Of a DNA stretch of 64,000 bases, positions 48,212-57,559 are shown in pieces (position 1 is the first letter of the stretch; each line of letters begins with the position of its first letter). Source of the stretch: an uncultured Cytophagia bacterium (GTDB lineage: Bacteria > Zhuqueibacterota > Zhuqueibacteria > Oceanimicrobiales > Oceanimicrobiaceae); the NCBI GenBank assembly GCA_964539665.1, contig CAZIKB010000003.1, forward strand, positions 60,062-124,061. The letters run 5' to 3'. Both the position numbers and the translations under genes were made by a program. The notes under the pieces are model-generated. The model did no database searches. It was not told the origin of the DNA and was given only the letters and a program-made list of their open reading frames with translations.

Positions 48212-48227
48212 TGGTATAAATTTTGCT
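48212..48227 (+). promoter_or_regulatory. candidate sigma-54 (-24/-12) promoter of the sulfation operon
   Basis: TGGTAT-aaatt-TTGCT with correct GG/GC spacing, ~64 nt upstream of ATG 48291. Confidence 0.4.
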
Positions 48228-48290
48228 AAAGTATTGCGACTGACTTCAAAAATGTTCATTATACGTGATATTAAGACGTGAGGAAAATAT

Positions 48291-48590
48291 ATGTCGGAAC
48301 AGAACCGAAAAAGAGTAATTGGTAAGGCAATTACTTATAGAGGACTTGGCACATTAGTTACTATATCAGTAATATATATTTTCACTGGAAAATTGGCGCT
48401 TTCATTTGGTGTCGGACTTGTTGAGGTCGTTGCTAAAATGCTTTTTTATTACCTGCATGAACGACTTTGGGAGAAAATATCATGGGGTAAAGATAAACAT
48501 CCTCTTGCTGGAATCCCTGTTAAAAAGGAGCTTGAACCTGAAGACAAAGTATTGCTTGAAGAGAGATTAAAAGAGCTTGGATATTTATAA
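48291..48590 (+). CDS. DUF2061-family small membrane protein with C-terminal LGY tail
   Basis: KAITYRGLGTLVTISVIYIFTG...KMLFYYLHERLWEKISWG is the DUF2061 pattern, a family I recall as linked or fused to APS kinases. Ends ...LEERLKELGYL. RBS GAGGAAA. Confidence 0.7.
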   Translation: MSEQNRKRVIGKAITYRGLGTLVTISVIYIFTGKLALSFGVGLVEVVAKMLFYYLHERLWEKISWGKDKHPLAGIPVKKELEPEDKVLLEERLKELGYL

Positions 48591-48611
48591 AAATCGAATT
48601 ATTGGGAGCAA

Positions 48612-50795
48612 ATGATGAATCGAAAATACTCGTTAATTACTTTACTCATTTTATTGGTATTCTTAATTATCGATGCACAGCCTGCTTTTGCATATATCGG
48701 CCCCGGCGCCGGTTTTGCATTTTTAACTTCATTTGCAATGCTATTTGCCAGTTTCTTTATGGCTTTTTTTACATTGCTAACCTGGCCTTTCCGGGTTTTT
48801 TTACGGTTTTTCAAAAGAAGAAAAGCTTTAGCCAGAGCTAAAACAGATCGGGTTGTGATTCTGGGCCTTGACGGTCTTGACCCAACTATCACAGAACGCA
48901 TGCTACAGGAAGGTAAATTACCAAATTTGAAAAAACTTAAAGAGCAAGGTTCTTACAAACATTTACAGACCACTTATCCAGCTCTCTCGCCAGTTGCCTG
49001 GTCAGCCTTTGCAACTGGAGTTAATCCTGGTCGACATAACATTTTTGATTTTCTTTCACGCAATCGATTCAACTATTTACCCGAATTATCCTCTTCAAAA
49101 GTTGGGTCTCCAAATCGAAAAATATCCCTGGGAAAATTCGAAATCCCGCTTGGCAAACCGATTGTTCGATTATTACGTCGCAGCAAAAGCTTCTGGACAA
49201 TATTGGGAGAGAACGGTATTTTCAGTCATGTACTTCGTGTACCAATCACTTTCCCACCTGAAAAATTTAACGGAGCGTTACTTTCAGCGATGTGTACTCC
49301 GGACCTCTGGGGAACGCAAGGCACTTTTTCCTACTTCACGACTGATACAACTAATAAAAAATTTAAAGAGGGAGGAGAGACTGCAGTTGTGAAATGGGTA
49401 GGCGATAGAATTGAGGGATTTATTAAAGGCCCTGAGAACTCCATTACTAAAAAGCATGAGTCGATGAAGCTCCCTTTTGAAGTAAAGATTTTGAGTGATG
49501 ACGAAATAGAACTGATAATAGAAAAAAAGAAATACAACCTAAAAAAGAAAAAATACACCGATTGGATTGAATTGAAATTTAAAGCCGGAATGGGGATCAA
49601 AGTACATGGTATTGCACGATTTTACCTGCTTGAAACCAATCCAGTTTTTAGATTGTATATGACGCCCATCAATATCGATCCGGAAAAGCCAGCGCTGCCA
49701 ATTTCTTACCCTTATTTCTATTCCGTTTATCTTTCTAAGTTATTCGGGAAATTCGCGACATTGGGTTTAGCGGAAGATACCTGGGCTTTGAACGAGGGCG
49801 TTCTTGATGAGGAAGCTTTTTTAGAGCAGGCATATCTAATTCATGAAGAACGTGAAAAACAATTTTTTCATACTTTAAGCAAAACCAGAAAAGGTTTGTG
49901 TTCAGTGGTATTTGATGCCAGTGATCGAATTCAGCACATGTTTTTCCGAACGCTTGAAGATGACCATCCTGCCAACCGAGGCAAAGAAACTGAAAAATAT
50001 AAAAATGTTATTGCCGATATGTATGAGCAAATGGATGACCTCGTTGGTAGAACCATGGCTAAAATAAATAAAGATGAGGTTTTTATTGTGCTCTCTGATC
50101 ATGGTTTTAAATCATTCAGACGCGGTATAAACCTGAATTCCTGGTTAAAAGCTAATGGTTATCTAAAGCTGAAAGACGGTAGGGAAGAGAGTGGGGAATT
50201 TTTTCAGGGTGTTGATTGGGAAAATACAAAAGCCTATGCATTCGGACTGACGGGTATTTACATCAATGTTAAAGGCCGGGAAAAGAACGGCATTGTCGCA
50301 CCAGGTGAAGAATTAAAAACACTCAAAGATGAGTTGATTGCTAAACTTTCCGGGATGTTAGATCCTGAAACCGGGGAAGTTGCCATTATCGAGATGTTTG
50401 ATAATAGTGAAATTTACAAGGGACCTTATACTAACAATGGACCCGACTTGATTAGTGGCTACAATAGCGGCTATCGAATTTCATGGAATGGCGCAACCGG
50501 GAATGTCAATGAGCAAATTTTTGAAGACAACGTTAAAGCCTGGAGCGGCGATCATTGTGTTGACCCGAGGCTTGTCCCCGGGGTGATTTTTAGCAACCAA
50601 AAAATTATGGCCGCTAAACCAGGTTTGATGGATATAGCGCCAACAGTTCTTGAATTATTTGGAATAACTAAACCAGGCTATATGGAAGGCCAGGATATCT
50701 TAAGTAGTGAACCAGAAGAGACAGCAAAAGATGAAGATATTCCCACCATAGTGCCAACAGTAAAAAAAACGGAGGTGGCTTCGGTCAATGAATAA
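48612..50795 (+). CDS. alkaline-phosphatase-superfamily protein (type I phosphodiesterase/NPP-like, COG3379-like), long form with N-terminal membrane hairpin
   Basis: VVILGLDGLDP, SPVAWSAFATG (Ser at the nucleophile position), LSDHGF, WSGDHC. N-terminus has two hydrophobic segments followed by RFFKRRKALARAK. Confidence 0.75.
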   Translation: MMNRKYSLITLLILLVFLIIDAQPAFAYIGPGAGFAFLTSFAMLFASFFMAFFTLLTWPFRVFLRFFKRRKALARAKTDRVVILGLDGLDPTITERMLQEGKLPNLKKLKEQGSYKHLQTTYPALSPVAWSAFATGVNPGRHNIFDFLSRNRFNYLPELSSSKVGSPNRKISLGKFEIPLGKPIVRLLRRSKSFWTILGENGIFSHVLRVPITFPPEKFNGALLSAMCTPDLWGTQGTFSYFTTDTTNKKFKEGGETAVVKWVGDRIEGFIKGPENSITKKHESMKLPFEVKILSDDEIELIIEKKKYNLKKKKYTDWIELKFKAGMGIKVHGIARFYLLETNPVFRLYMTPINIDPEKPALPISYPYFYSVYLSKLFGKFATLGLAEDTWALNEGVLDEEAFLEQAYLIHEEREKQFFHTLSKTRKGLCSVVFDASDRIQHMFFRTLEDDHPANRGKETEKYKNVIADMYEQMDDLVGRTMAKINKDEVFIVLSDHGFKSFRRGINLNSWLKANGYLKLKDGREESGEFFQGVDWENTKAYAFGLTGIYINVKGREKNGIVAPGEELKTLKDELIAKLSGMLDPETGEVAIIEMFDNSEIYKGPYTNNGPDLISGYNSGYRISWNGATGNVNEQIFEDNVKAWSGDHCVDPRLVPGVIFSNQKIMAAKPGLMDIAPTVLELFGITKPGYMEGQDILSSEPEETAKDEDIPTIVPTVKKTEVASVNE

Positions 50796-52782
50796 GATTA
50801 AAGTTGTATTTGGTATAATAGCTATCCTATTTTTAGTGTCATTGATTAGCTTATCTGTTTTCTGGGGATGCAAAAAAAGCAATGCAAGCGCAATTGAAAA
50901 AAAAGTGATTGTTATTGGCTTTGATGGTATGGATCCAAGACTTTTGTCAAAATATATGAGTGAGGATCGACTTCCAAATTTTACTAAATTAGCTGAAACG
51001 GGCGATTATAAACCGCTTGGTACAAGTATTCCTCCACAGAGTCCGGTTGCCTGGTCAAATTTCATAACAGGTATGAATCCTGGCGGACATGGCATATTTG
51101 ATTTCCTTCATCGTGATCCAAATACAATGCTGCCACTCTCATCTACATCAAAAACGGAAGAGTCTGGCAAATCAATAAAGATCGGCAAATGGGTAATTCC
51201 ATTATCGGGAGGGAAAGTAGTGAATCTACGTAAAGGGCAGGCCTTCTGGGAGAAACTTGAAGATTCAGGCGTCCCAACGACAATTTTCAAAATACCATCA
51301 AATTTTCCACCGGTAAAAACAGACGGCAAAGCTTTGAGTGGTATGGGTACTCCTGATTTACAGGGTACATTTGGTACGTTTTCTTATTATACGGACGACC
51401 CTCCGCCAAATCGCGACGATATTTCCGGCGGTGTGGTTTATCCCGTCAAAATACTAAACAATGAAGTAGAAGCTCAATTAACAGGTCCAGCAAATACATT
51501 TTTAGAAGATGCCCCGAATGCTACTATTCCGTTTAAAGTGTGGAGTGATCCCGAAAATCCTGTAGTAAAAATATCAGTGCAGGATCACCAGATTTTGTTG
51601 AAAGAGAAAGAGTGGAGTGACTGGATTCAGGTGAAATTTGATATTATTCCTGTTCTGGAATCTGTAACTGGCATCTGTAGATTCTATCTGAAAGAAGTAC
51701 GACCGCATTTCAAATTATATGTTACTCCGATAAACATTGATCCTTCAAATCCAGCATTACCCATTTCAACACCTGATGATTATGCAAAAGAACTGTACGA
51801 CCACTGCGGATACTTTTATACGCAAGGCATGCCTGAGGATACAAAAGCGTTGTCCTGGAATGTATTTGATCATGATGATTTCCTGAAACAAGGCTTGAAT
51901 GTACTTGATGAACGATTACGTCTTTTCAATTATGTGTTTGACACGTTTGAGCAAGGTCTGCTGTTTTTTTATTTTTCAACTACCGATTTAAATGGACACA
52001 TGTATTATAATATGATTGATCCTGAACATCCGGGGTATGATGCAAAACAAGCGCAAAAATATGGTGACGTTATGAGTAAGTTATACGAAAGCGCTGATAA
52101 AGCAGTTGGCCACGTACTCGAGCGAATAGATGAAAACACTACACTTATAGTCATGTCAGATCATGGATTTGCACCGTTCAGACGCGCTGTGCATTTAAAT
52201 ACCTGGCTAAAAAATGAAGGATACATTACTTTAATTGATGAATCAAAGCAAGCCGAAAATGAATACTTTCAGAATGTCAATTGGAGCCGAACGCAAGCTT
52301 ATGGATTAGGTTTCAATGGGCTTTATGTAAATTTAAGAGGTCGGGAATCTTATGGTTTTGTTGCTCGACGGGAAAAGAAAGCCCTTTTGAATGAAATTTC
52401 CGAGAAGCTTTTAGCTCTACGCGATCCCAAAGATAATACAAGAATTATCGAACGGGTTTATCTGGCTGAAGAAATTTATTCTGAGCAATATTTAGAAAAT
52501 GCACCTGATCTCATTGTCGGTTACAACCGTGGATACAGAGCTTCATGGGAAACGACAATTGGTAACTTTCCACTGGAATGGATTTCGGACAATATGGATC
52601 CCTGGAGCGGTGATCATTGTATGGCAGCAGAGCTTGTACCTGGTGTAATTTTATCAAATAAAAAAATAGACGCTCAAAATCCTAAACTTTATGATATGGC
52701 CCCTACAATTCTTAACGAATTTAACGTTGAAAAGAGTGACGACATGGTGGGGCAAGTGATATTCAACAACATAGTAAATTAA
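50788..52782 (+). CDS. alkaline-phosphatase-superfamily protein (COG3379-like), long form with single N-terminal TM or lipoprotein-like signal
   Basis: VIVIGFDGMDP, SPVAWSNFITG, MSDHGF, WSGDHC. N-terminus ILFLVSLISLSVFWGC. 8-nt overlap with the upstream paralog. Confidence 0.75.
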   Translation: MNKIKVVFGIIAILFLVSLISLSVFWGCKKSNASAIEKKVIVIGFDGMDPRLLSKYMSEDRLPNFTKLAETGDYKPLGTSIPPQSPVAWSNFITGMNPGGHGIFDFLHRDPNTMLPLSSTSKTEESGKSIKIGKWVIPLSGGKVVNLRKGQAFWEKLEDSGVPTTIFKIPSNFPPVKTDGKALSGMGTPDLQGTFGTFSYYTDDPPPNRDDISGGVVYPVKILNNEVEAQLTGPANTFLEDAPNATIPFKVWSDPENPVVKISVQDHQILLKEKEWSDWIQVKFDIIPVLESVTGICRFYLKEVRPHFKLYVTPINIDPSNPALPISTPDDYAKELYDHCGYFYTQGMPEDTKALSWNVFDHDDFLKQGLNVLDERLRLFNYVFDTFEQGLLFFYFSTTDLNGHMYYNMIDPEHPGYDAKQAQKYGDVMSKLYESADKAVGHVLERIDENTTLIVMSDHGFAPFRRAVHLNTWLKNEGYITLIDESKQAENEYFQNVNWSRTQAYGLGFNGLYVNLRGRESYGFVARREKKALLNEISEKLLALRDPKDNTRIIERVYLAEEIYSEQYLENAPDLIVGYNRGYRASWETTIGNFPLEWISDNMDPWSGDHCMAAELVPGVILSNKKIDAQNPKLYDMAPTILNEFNVEKSDDMVGQVIFNNIVN

Positions 52783-52795
52783 AAAGGAGTTTTAT

Positions 52796-52987
52796 ATGTT
52801 AGGTCCCAAAATTAAATTAGAAAAAGAATTATATGATCGAATTAAAAAATTTTCTGAAATCGCTGGTTATTCTTCTGTTGAAGAATTTGTAACTCATGTG
52901 CTGGAAAAAGAACTGTCGACAATAGATGACTCTGAATCAGAAGAAGAAGTGAAAAAACGATTACAGGGATTGGGATATTTGTCTTAA
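52796..52987 (+). CDS. 63-aa ribbon-helix-helix-like protein with acidic linker and LGY tail
   Basis: KIKLEKELYDRIKKFSEIAGYSSVEEFVTHVLEKEL has the strand-helix-helix pattern of CopG/NikR-type RHH domains. It is followed by DDSESEEEVKKRLQGLGYLS. Confidence 0.5.
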   Translation: MLGPKIKLEKELYDRIKKFSEIAGYSSVEEFVTHVLEKELSTIDDSESEEEVKKRLQGLGYLS

Positions 52988-53038
52988 AATATTTCATAAT
53001 TCCAATAATACCATAAATCCACGGAGTTAGTATAAAAT

Positions 53039-53869
53039 ATGTTGAATATATTGAACTATTTTTTTAATATAATTTTTAATGTTATATTTTTTCCATTTAA
53101 AAATATGGATCCGATCTGGGGCATGTTAGTGGTTTCGTTTGTTACAGGGATTGTGATGTTATTTGTTTTTAAGGCAACTTCCGATCAGATTGGTATTAAA
53201 AAAGCAAAAAATTTGGTAAAGGGCCATTTCCTGGCCATTCGACTCTATCGGGACGATATCACACTTATGTTTGTTACCATGAAAAATATTATCATGAGTA
53301 ACCTGCTTTACATGAAAAAATCTTTTCGCCCCATGCTTTTTCTAATAATTCCTGTGGGTGTCATTTTAATTCACCTTGGCACCAGGTATGAATTCCGGCC
53401 ATTCAAAGTTGGGGAGACAATTATTGTTTCCATACGTCTGGATGACAAAATTCAGGATCTGAATCTCAACAATGTTGTTTTTGAACTTCCAGATGGTTTA
53501 ACCTCCGACATGCCGCCCGTTCGAATTCAGCAATTACGGGAAATTAACTGGCGTATCAAAGCTGAAAAGCCAGGCATCTATGATCTGATTTTTAAATACA
53601 ACAACAGTAATGTAACAAAGCGACTTGAAGTCAGAGATTCATTGATACCGCTTTCGAAAGAAATTGCCCAGAACAGTTTATCTGTGACTCTAATGAATCC
53701 CGGGGAATCGAGTTTGCCCGGATCTTCATTCGCTTCTCACATTGCAATCGGTTACCCCAAAAGAGATTTCAAATTCTTAGGATTCAGTTTCCATTGGTTA
53801 ATTGCTTTCTTTGTTTTTAGTCTAATTGCGGCATTTTCATTTAAAGGCGTGCTTGGCGTTGAAGTTTAG
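53039..53869 (+). CDS. hypothetical membrane protein (3-4 TM helices + central soluble beta-rich region), family not recognised
   Basis: Long ORF with coding-like composition. TM segments at WGMLVVSFVTGIVMLFVF, MLFLIIPVGVILI and HWLIAFFVFSLIAAFSF. Confidence 0.5.
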   Translation: MLNILNYFFNIIFNVIFFPFKNMDPIWGMLVVSFVTGIVMLFVFKATSDQIGIKKAKNLVKGHFLAIRLYRDDITLMFVTMKNIIMSNLLYMKKSFRPMLFLIIPVGVILIHLGTRYEFRPFKVGETIIVSIRLDDKIQDLNLNNVVFELPDGLTSDMPPVRIQQLREINWRIKAEKPGIYDLIFKYNNSNVTKRLEVRDSLIPLSKEIAQNSLSVTLMNPGESSLPGSSFASHIAIGYPKRDFKFLGFSFHWLIAFFVFSLIAAFSFKGVLGVEV

Positions 53870-53938
53870 GAGATAATTATTTTAAAAAAACAATTTGCAT
53901 GTGATAGAAATCTTTTTTAATATGCCGGTTAAAAAGCG

Positions 53939-54775
53939 ATGAGTTATAAATTTTTATCTACTAAAACAAGTCAGGAACATGATTTAGACCAGTGGCAAAA
54001 TCGTAGCCTCGAAGGTGAAATAAAAAGTTTTGAAGGCCGTACATTAGTTCGTATTTTTAATAAATATTTAAACGGAAAAGAAGCGAAAATCCTTGAAGGA
54101 GGTTGCGGATTTGGTGCTTGGTGTGAGTGGTTCCAAAAACAGGGTTATCAAATATTAGGTATTGAATACGATAATAATATAGTAAAAAGAGCCAAAAAAT
54201 ATAAGCCAGATGTAGCCGTTGAATTAGGCGATATCACCGAAATAAAGTACCCGTCCGATAGCTTTGACGCTTATGTATCATTGGGAGTGATTGAACATTT
54301 TGAACATGGTCCAGAGTCTGCCCTGAGAGAAGCCCATCGAATTCTTAAACCAGATGGCATAGCCTTTGTAACTACGCCTTATTTAACAGTAATCCGAAGG
54401 TTTGTTGCTCATCCGGTTCGCAGCTTGTATTTTTTAATTCGAGAGTTTCGTGGAAAATCAAATTATTTTTGGGAATATCGGTTTACAAAAAATGAATTAC
54501 GTTCTTTTCTTGAGAATACTGGCTTTGAAATTATACATGCGGATATCGACGATTATGAGCATAGGATTAAGAATCGCCACATAGGTCTGTGGGCGGATTG
54601 GTTTTTTTTAAGAAGAAAAAATGGTGCAATCTGGGAGTTAAATGGTTTAGGAAAATTTGTGCTCAGAGTTGTCAATCTTTTTCCTGATTCCTGGTACTGC
54701 TCGGGTTTGCATCTGGTTGCAAGGGCAAAAAAGAACGATATCACTGAAAATAGTGAAATTACTAAATCCAAATAA
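53939..54775 (+). CDS. class I SAM-dependent methyltransferase
   Basis: [15 protein letters not shown] (motif I), [22 protein letters not shown]. Confidence 0.8.
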   Translation: MSYKFLSTKTSQEHDLDQWQNRSLEGEIKSFEGRTLVRIFNKYLNGKEAKILEGGCGFGAWCEWFQKQGYQILGIEYDNNIVKRAKKYKPDVAVELGDITEIKYPSDSFDAYVSLGVIEHFEHGPESALREAHRILKPDGIAFVTTPYLTVIRRFVAHPVRSLYFLIREFRGKSNYFWEYRFTKNELRSFLENTGFEIIHADIDDYEHRIKNRHIGLWADWFFLRRKNGAIWELNGLGKFVLRVVNLFPDSWYCSGLHLVARAKKNDITENSEITKSK

Positions 54776-54798
54776 TTATAAAATATGAAAGGAATTAC

Positions 54799-57435
54799 AT
54801 GGAATTAATCGCACCTCACGGTGGCAAACTTGTTGATCAGGTTTTACGTGGCGAAGAACGTGAAGCAGCTTTGAACAAAGCTAAGCATCTAAAAAAAATT
54901 GCAATCAACGCAACAGCAATTTCTGATGTAGAACTCATTGCAGTTGGTGCATTCAGCCCATTAACGGGATTTATGAAACAGGCTGATTATGAAAATGTAG
55001 TTACGAATATACGTTTAGCAAATGGCGTGGTCTGGTCGATACCAATAACTTTGTCAGTTACCAGTGAAATTGCTGATGAAGTTAAAATTGACGAAGAAAT
55101 TGTATTAACCAATGATGCCGGATTGCAATTAGCATTATTAAAAGTTGAGGAAAAGTTTACTTACGATAAAACCCGGGAAGCGGAATTTGTATATAAAACA
55201 ACCGAAGAAGCCCATCCTGGCGTTGCCCGGCTTTACAAGCAGGATGATGTGTTATTAGGTGGTGAGATTAGGCTAATCAATCGGGTGCCGGATCAACCAT
55301 TTCCGGATTTTCGACACGATCCTGTTCAGAGTCGGCGTATGTTTGCCAGTCGCGGTTGGAAAAAAATTGTAGGATTTCAAACTCGCAATCCAATACATCG
55401 TGCGCATGAATACATACAGAAATGTGCATTGGAAATTGTCGATGGTTTATTTTTACATCCATTAGTTGGGGAGACTAAAAAGGATGATATTCCCGCGGAT
55501 ATTCGCATGCAAAGTTATGAGAGCCTGCTGCGAGATTATTATCCGCCAAACCGTACACTTTTAGGGGTATATCCGGCCGCCATGCGCTATGCCGGTCCAA
55601 GAGAGGCTATTTTTCATGCGATTGCGCGAAAGAATTATGGCTGCAGCCATTTTATAGTCGGTCGAGACCATGCCGGGGTTGGTAATTATTATGGAACGTA
55701 TGATGCTCAAAAAATATTCGATGATTTCAAAAAGGAAGAAATAGATATCACACCTTTATTTTTTGATCATACATTTTATTGCAAAAAATGCGGTGCTATT
55801 GTTTCTGACAAAACCTGTCCGCATGATCAATCTGAGCGTTTGATATTAAGTGGCACTCAGGTTCGTGAAATGCTCACTCGCGGGGAAGCGCCACCACCAG
55901 AATTAACCCGCCCGGAAGTGGCGAGTATACTGATCGAAGGTTATCGCAAAGAAGGCAAATCAGTTCAACCAGAAAAAAAACCGGAAGCCAAAAGAGCACC
56001 AGCTAAATCCGAACCAAAGGCAGCGGTTGCAAGGGCGTCTAAAAATGGCAAGCGGAAAGTATTTGTCATCGGCCTTGATTGTGCCACACCCGAATTGATT
56101 TTTGACCAGTACAAATCGGAGCTTCCAAACTTTCGGAAATTAATGGAAAGCGGTCTTTACGGAGAATTAGAAAGCAGCATTCCGCCAATTACCGTTCCAG
56201 CCTGGTCGTCCATGATGAGCAGTAAAGATCCGGGGCAGTTGGGCTTTTACGACTTTCGTAATCGTGCAGATTACTCCTATGAAAGCATGTATATTGCCTC
56301 ATCCAGGTCAGTAAAAACGGATCGGGTCTGGGATATTCTCTCTCGTTCAGGAAAACAGGTATCGGTTGTGGGAGTGCCTCAAACCTATCCTATCCAGCCC
56401 GTTAAAGGAAACATGATTTCTTGCTTTCTGACTCCTTCTACTGAAAGCCAGTACACCTATCCTGAAGAACTTAAATCTGAAATCCAGGAGTTGGTGGGAG
56501 ACTACATGATTGATGTGCCTAATTTTAGAACCGAGAACAAGGATTTGCTTTTGCGGCAAATTTATGAAATGACCGAAAAGCGTTTTCGGCTTGTTCGCTA
56601 TCTAATGCGGAAAAAACCGTGGGACTTTTTTATGTTTGTCGAAATGGGTACAGATCGCATTCATCACGGATTCTGGAAGTATATGGATACCGGCCATAAA
56701 AAATATGAACCCGGTAATCCTTATGAAAACTCAATAAAGGAATATTATAAATATCTGGATCGGGAAATCGGCGAGGTACTTGATAACCTTGACGACGATA
56801 CATCCGTTTTGGTGGTTTCAGACCATGGCGCCAAAAAAATGGATGGCGGTATATGCATTAATGAATGGCTCATTGAAAATGGCTATCTTATTTTAAAAGA
56901 GAAACCGGCTTCACTTATGCCACTGGAGAAAGCAGAAATAGACTGGCCCAAAACGAAAGCATGGGGCGCTGGCGGATATTTTGGCCGAATTTTTCTTAAT
57001 GTCCGCGGCCGCGAACCTGAAGGCGCGGTTGCACCTGAAGAGTATGAAACCATTCGGAATGAATTGATTCATAAGCTGGAAAATATAAAGGACGAAAAAG
57101 GCCAGCCATTAACTACCAGAGTTATAAAGCCAAATGAGGTTTATAAGGAAGTAAACAATATTCCTCCGGATTTAATGGTCTATTTTGGTGATTTGAATTG
57201 GCGGTCGGTTGGCAGTGTCGGATTAAATCGAATACACACTTTTGATAAAGAGCTGGGACCTGATGATGCTAACCATTCTCAGCACGGTATTTTTGTCATG
57301 CATGATCCACAAAATCCTGCAAATGGCAAGAGAATTCACGGCATGCAATTGGTTGATGTTGCGCCAACTATTTTAGATTTATTTGGTGACGAAATTCCAA
57401 ATGATATGATCGGTAAAGTTATCAGGAACAAATAA
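54799..57435 (+). CDS. sat: fusion protein: ATP sulfurylase (Sat) + Lys/Pro/Ala-rich linker + COG3379-like alkaline-phosphatase-superfamily domain
   Basis: aa 1-~385: [15 protein letters not shown] (HxxH), [30 protein letters not shown]. Linker [37 protein letters not shown]. aa ~421-878: [28 protein letters not shown]. Confidence 0.85.
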   Translation: MELIAPHGGKLVDQVLRGEEREAALNKAKHLKKIAINATAISDVELIAVGAFSPLTGFMKQADYENVVTNIRLANGVVWSIPITLSVTSEIADEVKIDEEIVLTNDAGLQLALLKVEEKFTYDKTREAEFVYKTTEEAHPGVARLYKQDDVLLGGEIRLINRVPDQPFPDFRHDPVQSRRMFASRGWKKIVGFQTRNPIHRAHEYIQKCALEIVDGLFLHPLVGETKKDDIPADIRMQSYESLLRDYYPPNRTLLGVYPAAMRYAGPREAIFHAIARKNYGCSHFIVGRDHAGVGNYYGTYDAQKIFDDFKKEEIDITPLFFDHTFYCKKCGAIVSDKTCPHDQSERLILSGTQVREMLTRGEAPPPELTRPEVASILIEGYRKEGKSVQPEKKPEAKRAPAKSEPKAAVARASKNGKRKVFVIGLDCATPELIFDQYKSELPNFRKLMESGLYGELESSIPPITVPAWSSMMSSKDPGQLGFYDFRNRADYSYESMYIASSRSVKTDRVWDILSRSGKQVSVVGVPQTYPIQPVKGNMISCFLTPSTESQYTYPEELKSEIQELVGDYMIDVPNFRTENKDLLLRQIYEMTEKRFRLVRYLMRKKPWDFFMFVEMGTDRIHHGFWKYMDTGHKKYEPGNPYENSIKEYYKYLDREIGEVLDNLDDDTSVLVVSDHGAKKMDGGICINEWLIENGYLILKEKPASLMPLEKAEIDWPKTKAWGAGGYFGRIFLNVRGREPEGAVAPEEYETIRNELIHKLENIKDEKGQPLTTRVIKPNEVYKEVNNIPPDLMVYFGDLNWRSVGSVGLNRIHTFDKELGPDDANHSQHGIFVMHDPQNPANGKRIHGMQLVDVAPTILDLFGDEIPNDMIGKVIRNK

Positions 57436-57461
57436 GGCGTTAGAGGAAACACGCTGAGGAT

Positions 57462-57494
57462 ATTTGCCACACACTTCCAGGGTGTGTGGCAAAT
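57462..57494 (+). terminator. perfect 13-bp stem hairpin between sat-fusion and cysC (attenuator or mRNA-stabilising element; weak U tract)
   Basis: ATTTGCCACACAC-ttccagg-GTGTGTGGCAAAT followed by CCAATTTTAAATT. Confidence 0.45.
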
Positions 57495-57559
57495 CCAATT
57501 TTAAATTAAAATCAATTAATTAGTTGTAATGATATAAATTTTATGGAGGTTTCAATTTT

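Noticed and set aside
50100-50180. Internal L-x-x-x-G-Y-[LI] segments in the COG3379-like proteins ([36 protein letters not shown]) considered as further copies of the C-terminal tail motif.
   Set aside because: They are internal, lack the acidic run and the (K/R)-L-x-x-L context, and sit at an equivalent position in each paralog. They are therefore part of the domain fold. I mention the resemblance but do not count them as tails.
37249-52782. Reading the sulfatase-fold and AlkP genes as a degradative sulfatase or polysaccharide-utilisation cluster.
   Set aside because: The formylglycine Cys/Ser-x-P-x-R motif is absent from all three sulfatase-fold proteins. There is no FGly maturase, SusC/D pair or transporter. 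The genes are embedded co-directionally among flippases, a polymerase-like gene, GTs and PAPS-synthesis genes, so a biosynthetic or decorating role fits better.
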